A stretch of 64,000 nt of DNA from Gemmatimonadota bacterium (GTDB taxonomy: Bacteria; Gemmatimonadota; Gemmatimonadetes; Palauibacterales; Palauibacteraceae): NCBI GenBank assembly GCA_039588275.1, contig JBDHAC010000006.1:1-64000 (forward strand). Direction: 5' to 3'. Under the pieces are notes generated by a model. That model saw nothing but the letters and a program-made list of their open reading frames with translations, was not told the DNA's origin and searched no databases. Positions within the stretch are counted from its first letter, which is position 1. Each line of letters begins with the position of its first letter. Both the position numbers and the translations under genes were made by a program. Below, piece after piece: positions 58,906-64,000 of the stretch.

Positions 58906-60252
58906 TCACCCCCCCGATGCTTCGGAGAGGAAGGCCACCAGGCGGTCGATATCCTCTTTGCGGTGCTTCTCCGTGAAGGCGAGCAGGAGCCCGTCCTCCA
59001 CGCCCAGGTCGGGCATCCTCGACAGGTAAACCCCCGCGAGGAGTCCTTCTTTCAATCCGTCCCGGACCACGTCCTGCCCGGGGCGCCCGGTCTTAATCAC
59101 GAACTCCCGGAAGAAGGGAGCCTCGGGGAATACGGGCTCGAGCCCGGCATCGGTGAGAGCCTCGTGCGCGTAGTGGGCGTTCTGCACCGAAACGAGCGCG
59201 ACTTCGCGAAGCCCATCGCGACCGAGCAGCGCGAGGTGTATCGTCGCGGCCAGCGCGTTAAGCCCCTGGTTCGTGCAGATGTTGCTCGTCGCCTTCTCGC
59301 GGCGGATCTGCTGCTCACGGGTCTGTAGGGTCAGCACGTAGCCGCGCCGGCCCTCGACGTCGGTCGTCGCGCCCACGATGCGTCCGGGCATCTTCCGGAT
59401 CAGCTTCCCGGTGGCGGCGAACAACCCCACCACCGGCCCGCCGAAGTTGGGCGCGTTCCCGAACGGCTGCCCCTCGGCCGCCACCAGGTCGGCTCCGCAC
59501 TCCCCGGGGGTCCTCAACAGGGCGAGGCTGAGAGGATCGGCCACCACGACGATCACGAGGGCACCGTGCTCGTGCGCCGCGGCCGCGAGCGGCTCCACAT
59601 CCTCGATCACGCCGTAGAAGTTCGGATTTTGGACGATCAGAGCGGCCGTCTCATCGTCGATCGCCTCGGCCACCGAGGCCGCGTCGACTCGCCCGTCAGA
59701 GCCGATCGGTACCCGGACGACCTCCATTTCCTGGCCGGCCAGGTAGGTGCGCAACACCCGCCGGTAGTGCTTGTGCAGCCCGCCTGCCGCCACCACGCGG
59801 TTCCGGCGAGTTGCCGACAGCGCCACGAGTACCGCTTCGGCCGCCGCCGAAGCGCCGTCGTACATGGATGCGTTCGCCACCTCCATCCCGGTGAGCTCGC
59901 ACACCATGGTCTGAAACTCGTAGATCGACTGCAGCGTGCCCTGGGCCACTTCGGGCTGGTAGGGCGTGTACGCAGTGTAGAACTCGCTCCGTCGGATCAG
60001 ATGGTCGACGGCGGCCGGGACGTGATGGTCGTAGATGCCGGCGCCGGCGAAGCTCAACAGGGGGTGGTTCTCGGAAGCGTACGAATCGAGCAGCCGTACC
60101 GCCTCCGCCTCGGAGAGCGCCGACGGCATGTTCAGCGGCTCGCTGAGGCGGATATCGGCCGGGATGTCCGAGTACAGATCGTCTACGCTCGAAACGCCCG
60201 CGGCAGCGAGCATCTCGGCGCGATCGGCGTCGCTGTGGGGAACGAACGACAT
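58906..60252 (-). CDS. gcvPA: Glycine dehydrogenase subunit 1
   Basis: EFYTAYTPYQPE, NASMYDG, IRREKATSNICTN. Confidence 0.97.
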   Translation of the reverse strand: MSFVPHSDADRAEMLAAAGVSSVDDLYSDIPADIRLSEPLNMPSALSEAEAVRLLDSYASENHPLLSFAGAGIYDHHVPAAVDHLIRRSEFYTAYTPYQPEVAQGTLQSIYEFQTMVCELTGMEVANASMYDGASAAAEAVLVALSATRRNRVVAAGGLHKHYRRVLRTYLAGQEMEVVRVPIGSDGRVDAASVAEAIDDETAALIVQNPNFYGVIEDVEPLAAAAHEHGALVIVVVADPLSLALLRTPGECGADLVAAEGQPFGNAPNFGGPVVGLFAATGKLIRKMPGRIVGATTDVEGRRGYVLTLQTREQQIRREKATSNICTNQGLNALAATIHLALLGRDGLREVALVSVQNAHYAHEALTDAGLEPVFPEAPFFREFVIKTGRPGQDVVRDGLKEGLLAGVYLSRMPDLGVEDGLLLAFTEKHRKEDIDRLVAFLSEASGG

Positions 60253-60386
60253 TTACGTTTCTCTAGCAGGCCGCTGACGGCCCGCATCTGTAGGAGCCCG
60301 GGGGCTTCGCCACCGCCGGCAGCGAAACCGAGGAGGCCGGTGCGAGCGGGAGTCCGCGCCGGACGCGGGGCTCCGGTTCGCTTGGC

Positions 60387-60785
60387 TCAGGCCTCCTCGT
60401 CCCCGATGTGTTTGCCGTAATCTTCTGCCGAGAGGAGTTCATCCAGCTGTGTGGCATCGTCCACGCGCAGCCGGATCATCCACCCCTCGCCGTACGGGTC
60501 CGTGTTGACGAGGGCCGGATCGTCTTCGAGCGCGGCGTTGATCTCGACGATCTCGCCGGCCAACGGGCTGTAGAGCTCCGAGACCGCCTTGACGGCCTCG
60601 ATCGTTCCGAACGAGTCCATGCGGGCGTACCGGTCACCTGACTCCGGGAGCTCGACATACACGACATCCCCGAGCTCTCCCTGCGCATAGTCGGTGATTC
60701 CGACGAGCACCACACCCTCTTCGTCGGTCTCGCGAACGTACTCGTGCTCCTCGGTATACTTCAGGCTGCTCGGGATTTCGGACAT
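60387..60785 (-). CDS. gcvH: Glycine cleavage system H protein
   Basis: GITDYAQ.LGD, IEAVKAVSELYSP, DPYGEGW. Confidence 0.97.
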   Translation of the reverse strand: MSEIPSSLKYTEEHEYVRETDEEGVVLVGITDYAQGELGDVVYVELPESGDRYARMDSFGTIEAVKAVSELYSPLAGEIVEINAALEDDPALVNTDPYGEGWMIRLRVDDATQLDELLSAEDYGKHIGDEEA

Positions 60786-61000
60786 CTTCGCCTCGTTCTT
60801 TTTCCGACCCGCTTTCCGTCATTCAGGAAGGCCGGGGGGTGAGAATATCCGAGCCGTGCAGTGGAGCGTCAAGGAGCGCTGCGGGCGCGATCAGAGCCCG
60901 TGGCGGCAGGCCGCCAGGAGACCCGACACGGGCCCTCCTGGAGGCGCGGCGGCGTGAGGATTCCCGGGCAGTGGCCGACCCGTGTGCCGGCCGCCTCCGA

Positions 61001-61705
61001 TCAGCTCTCGGTGCCCGGGTCCCCTGCCTGGAGCCGAGCGCGGGCCTGCCGCTCGGCCTTGAGCCTCTTGCGTGCCTGCCGATCGGTCTCGCCGGAGAGT
61101 CGTTCCTTGATGTCCACCCCGGCCATCATCGCGAAGCCGTTCACCTTGATGACCGGTGCGTCAGGGTTGGCGGGCCGGCTCGGCTCCTCGGCCCCGAACC
61201 CGCCCATGATCGCCACTCCGCTGGACTCGACCCGCACGCCGGGCGGGACGATGATATCGACACCGCCCATCAACGAGATCACGGTCACCCGGGTGACGGG
61301 TGAGGCAAAATCGGCGTCGCGGAAGTCGAGCTCGGCGCCACCCATGATCGCGAGCACGGTGAGCTGCTTGGGCGGCGTCCACATCCCCTTCCGCTCTACT
61401 CCCCCCATGACCGCGACGAGGAAGTCGCGCTCGCTGACGGGGAGCGTCGGATCTACGACGACCGGAGGAACGGCGGGATGCAGCTCGGACTTGGCGGGAG
61501 GCGCGCCCGGCTCGACCAGCGCGGGGAGGTCCGACTCGAGCGCCACGAGCTCCGTCTTCTCGCGCGCCGCGTAGGCGAGGTCCAGACGGCGTTCGAAGTC
61601 ATCCACGCCGAGGTGATCGCGCGCGAAATGCGTGCACAGCCGCTTGACGACCCGCTCTCGCTCCTGAGGCGTGATCGGCTGGGCCGGAAGATGGTCGTCC
61701 GTCAT
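61001..61705 (-). CDS. DUF1707 (SHOCT-like) + LiaF-like domain protein
   Basis: ERERVV.RL...G.DDFERR...A; MGGAELDF, MGGVDIIVP. Confidence 0.85.
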   Translation of the reverse strand: MTDDHLPAQPITPQERERVVKRLCTHFARDHLGVDDFERRLDLAYAAREKTELVALESDLPALVEPGAPPAKSELHPAVPPVVVDPTLPVSERDFLVAVMGGVERKGMWTPPKQLTVLAIMGGAELDFRDADFASPVTRVTVISLMGGVDIIVPPGVRVESSGVAIMGGFGAEEPSRPANPDAPVIKVNGFAMMAGVDIKERLSGETDRQARKRLKAERQARARLQAGDPGTES

Positions 61706-61811
61706 CGTTCGTTCGTCATCGGTTGATTCTCTGCAAGCTCCCGTGGTCGGGCAAGCTGGCCCTCTCCGCGTCCGGATCGTGAGCCGAAGTCGGGACGGGG
61801 ACCGACATCGC

Positions 61812-61840
61812 TTGCCCGGGAGGCGACCGGGCTCCAGAAT
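61812..61840 (+). promoter_or_regulatory. Candidate sigma-70 promoter
   Basis: TTGCCC-N17-CAGAAT. Confidence 0.45.
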
Positions 61841-61878
61841 ACGCGTCATACTACTGGCGCCCTATCGTGAAACCTTGT

Positions 61879-62052
61879 GAAAGGAGGTGATCCAGTGTCT
61901 GATGGGAGTAGACCGGGTCTAACTCGACACGGGCAAGCGATCGCCTCAGCGCAGGAGTAGCACACCGGACTCGGGAAAGTTGCGTTGAGTTGACCACACG
62001 CCGACCTGATCAGGAGCGAGCCCCGGCTGGGCATCGCGTCGAGTTAGGTCCG
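61879..62052 (+). ncRNA. Candidate structured RNA/leader with extended Shine-Dalgarno and 21-codon ORF
   Basis: GAAAGGAGGTGATCCAG; stem 61914-61931/62035-62052; inner stems; no family recognised. Confidence 0.55.
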
Positions 62053-62151
62053 AACTGAACACGACGGCCGCAGGCGCGACACGAGCCTGCGGCCGTCGTG
62101 TATTCGATATCCAGCGGAGCCGTGGTCGAGACCGCGGAAGGTTCAGGGTAC

Positions 62152-62955
62152 ATGCCTCGCTTCAGCAAATACACCGGCGCGGGGAACGACTTCGCCCTCG
62201 TGCGCGCGGAGGAGGTGGGTATGGGCGATCCCTCGGGCCTGTCTCGCAGGATCTGCCCCCGGGAAACCGGTGTCGGCGTCGACGGCTTGATTCTCGTCCG
62301 CAGCCTGTCCGACGACCACATTCGATTGCGCTTCTTCAACCCCGACGGGTCCGAGTTCGGGACGTGCGGCAACGGCAGTCGGTGTGCGGCCCGGTACGCC
62401 GTGGAACGAGGCCTGGTGCCGGAGCCCGAACTGACGCTCGTGACGGACGACGGTGAGATCGATGCGCGCGTCGGGGAGGAGGTCGTCGCGCTCGACTACC
62501 GCATCGAAGCCGTGCTCGAGCGTGAGGTCCGGGTAGAGGTCGCGGGCTCCGGCCGGAAAGGGTGGCTGGTGCAGATCGGCACGCCCCATCTCGTGGTCCT
62601 GCTCGACTCCGTCGAGCTCCCGGACTTCGACTCCGCCTGTCGGCCGATCCGGTCCCACGCGGAGCTGGGCTCAGAGGGGGCCAACGTCGACCTGGTCGCC
62701 GCCACCGGTACCGATTCGGTCTCGATCCGCACGTTCGAACGGGGGGTCGAGGGCGAGACCCTGGCCTGTGGTAGCGGCGCAATGGCTACCGCGCTCGCGC
62801 TCCGAGCGGCCGGTCTGTCGAACAAGCGGCTCACCCTCGAGACGCGGAGCGGGGCCGCGCTCACCGTCGAGCTGCGCGACCGCGAATCGCTCATCCGGCT
62901 CTCCGGACCCGCACGACACGTGTTCGACGGCGTCTACCCCGACACCGCCGAGTGA
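62152..62955 (+). CDS. dapF: Diaminopimelate epimerase
   Basis: KYTGAGNDF, NPDGS...CGNG, GTPH, FERGVEGETLACGSG. Confidence 0.96.
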   Translation: MPRFSKYTGAGNDFALVRAEEVGMGDPSGLSRRICPRETGVGVDGLILVRSLSDDHIRLRFFNPDGSEFGTCGNGSRCAARYAVERGLVPEPELTLVTDDGEIDARVGEEVVALDYRIEAVLEREVRVEVAGSGRKGWLVQIGTPHLVVLLDSVELPDFDSACRPIRSHAELGSEGANVDLVAATGTDSVSIRTFERGVEGETLACGSGAMATALALRAAGLSNKRLTLETRSGAALTVELRDRESLIRLSGPARHVFDGVYPDTAE

Positions 62956-64000
62956 CCTCCAGGGCTCCGCCCTCCACACATCCGCAGCGGGTGGCCTCTC
63001 ACCTCCTCGATTGGTACGAGAGGCACGAGCGTGACGTGCCCTGGAGAGACGAGCGGGATCCGTACCGGATCTGGGTCGCCGAGATCATGGCGCAGCAGAC
63101 CCGCATCGATACCGTCCGTCCGTTTTACCTCCGCTTTCTGAACCGCTTCCCGGACATCTACGCGCTCGCGGAGGCTCGGCTGGACGCCGTGCTCAAGTCC
63201 TGGGAAGGGTTGGGGTACTACGCGCGGGCGAGAAACCTCCACGCTGCCGCGCGGGAGATCGTGGCCGACTATGGAGGCGCGCTCCCTCGAGACCCGGATC
63301 GGCTGCGCCAACTCCCGGGGATCGGACCGTACACGGCGGGGGCGATCGCGAGCATGGCGTTCGAGCGCAGGGAACCGGCGGTCGATGGTAACGCACGCCG
63401 TGTGCTGTCTCGCCTGTTCGATCTCGAGGCGCCCACGGGCGCGGTCCTCGATGCCAGCGCCCGGGAGCTTCTGGCATGGTGTGCGCGCCGACCGGCTCGG
63501 CTCAACCAGGCGCTCATGGACCTGGGCGGCGCGATCTGCACGCCGAGGCAGCCACGATGCGGTGATTGCCCGCTCGAGAACGATTGCCTGGCGCGGGCGC
63601 GCGACACGGTCTCGGAGCGCCCCGTCCGACGGCCTCGGGAGCCGCTCCCACACTACGATGTGGCCGTCGGCGTGGTCTCGAAGGACAGTCGTCTCCTGAT
63701 CGCGCGCCGACCCGAGGATGCCCTGCTGGGCGGCCTTTGGGAGTTCCCGGGTGGGAAGATCGAGCCGCACGAGACTGCTCCCGCCGCGGTGGAGCGCGAG
63801 CTACGCGAGGAACTGGAAGTGGAGGTTCGGGCTCGGGAGCTCATTGGCCGTGTGCAGCACGCGTACAGCCATTTCCGCGTCACCCTGCACACCTACCATG
63901 CGGACTGGGTGTCCGGTGAGCCGCGGCCCCACGCGGCGACGGCCTGGCTGTGGGTCGAACCGAACCGGCTGGAGGAGTTCGCGTTTCCAAAGGGAAGCCT
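62952..64000 (+). CDS. mutY: A/G-specific adenine glycosylase with C-terminal Nudix domain (runs off the window end)
   Basis: Manual translation: WVAEIMAQQT, WEGLGYYARARNL, LPGIGPYTA, VDGN, CTPRQPRCGDCPLENDC. Confidence 0.96.
   Translation, partial: MTSRAPPSTHPQRVASHLLDWYERHERDVPWRDERDPYRIWVAEIMAQQTRIDTVRPFYLRFLNRFPDIYALAEARLDAVLKSWEGLGYYARARNLHAAAREIVADYGGALPRDPDRLRQLPGIGPYTAGAIASMAFERREPAVDGNARRVLSRLFDLEAPTGAVLDASARELLAWCARRPARLNQALMDLGGAICTPRQPRCGDCPLENDCLARARDTVSERPVRRPREPLPHYDVAVGVVSKDSRLLIARRPEDALLGGLWEFPGGKIEPHETAPAAVERELREELEVEVRARELIGRVQHAYSHFRVTLHTYHADWVSGEPRPHAATAWLWVEPNRLEEFAFPKGS

Noticed and set aside
60786..61000. Glycine riboswitch upstream of gcvH
   Set aside because: No GGAGA...CCGAAG...CTCTCAGG pattern on the minus strand
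61879..61895. 16S rRNA gene fragment on the minus strand
   Set aside because: Only the 17-nt tail matches; helix 45 and other rRNA sequence are absent
61879..62150. Lysine riboswitch upstream of dapF
   Set aside because: Scattered AGUA/GAAAG/GCCGA words are present, but I cannot build the five-way junction; an Rfam scan is needed

Overview
High-GC bacterial chromosomal segment. It probably comes from a Gemmatimonadota-like organism; this is an inference from the carboxypeptidase-regulatory-domain and TonB proteins and the lipoprotein style. It is mostly housekeeping and envelope genes: priA, polA, mutY, dapF, trpF, tatA, a sigma-70 factor, csp, the gcvH-gcvPA-MBL-gcvPB-lipoate ligase operon running into a peptide ABC system, exbB, a TonB receptor and an Slt transglycosylase. 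An accessory-looking ~11.4 kb block (GntR, amidohydrolase, VapBC, DAACS transporter, queC/queF, RidA) lies between the small and large subunits of a xanthine-dehydrogenase-family enzyme. I found no rRNA, tRNA, CRISPR array, transposase or integrase. The most unusual element is at ~61.81-62.06 kb, upstream of dapF: a sigma70-like promoter, a 17-nt perfect complement of the 16S rRNA 3' end, a 21-codon ORF, and an 18-bp stem enclosing a possible pseudoknot. Also notable are a 17-bp repeat that builds a chain of ATGA-coupled mini-ORFs, many short tandem duplications, an orphan GTATAC x4 operator cluster between convergent genes, probable CTG start codons, a Cys/His-rich repeat lipoprotein, and a radical SAM + metallophosphoesterase pair. 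All calls come from reading the sequence by eye; no database searches were run.
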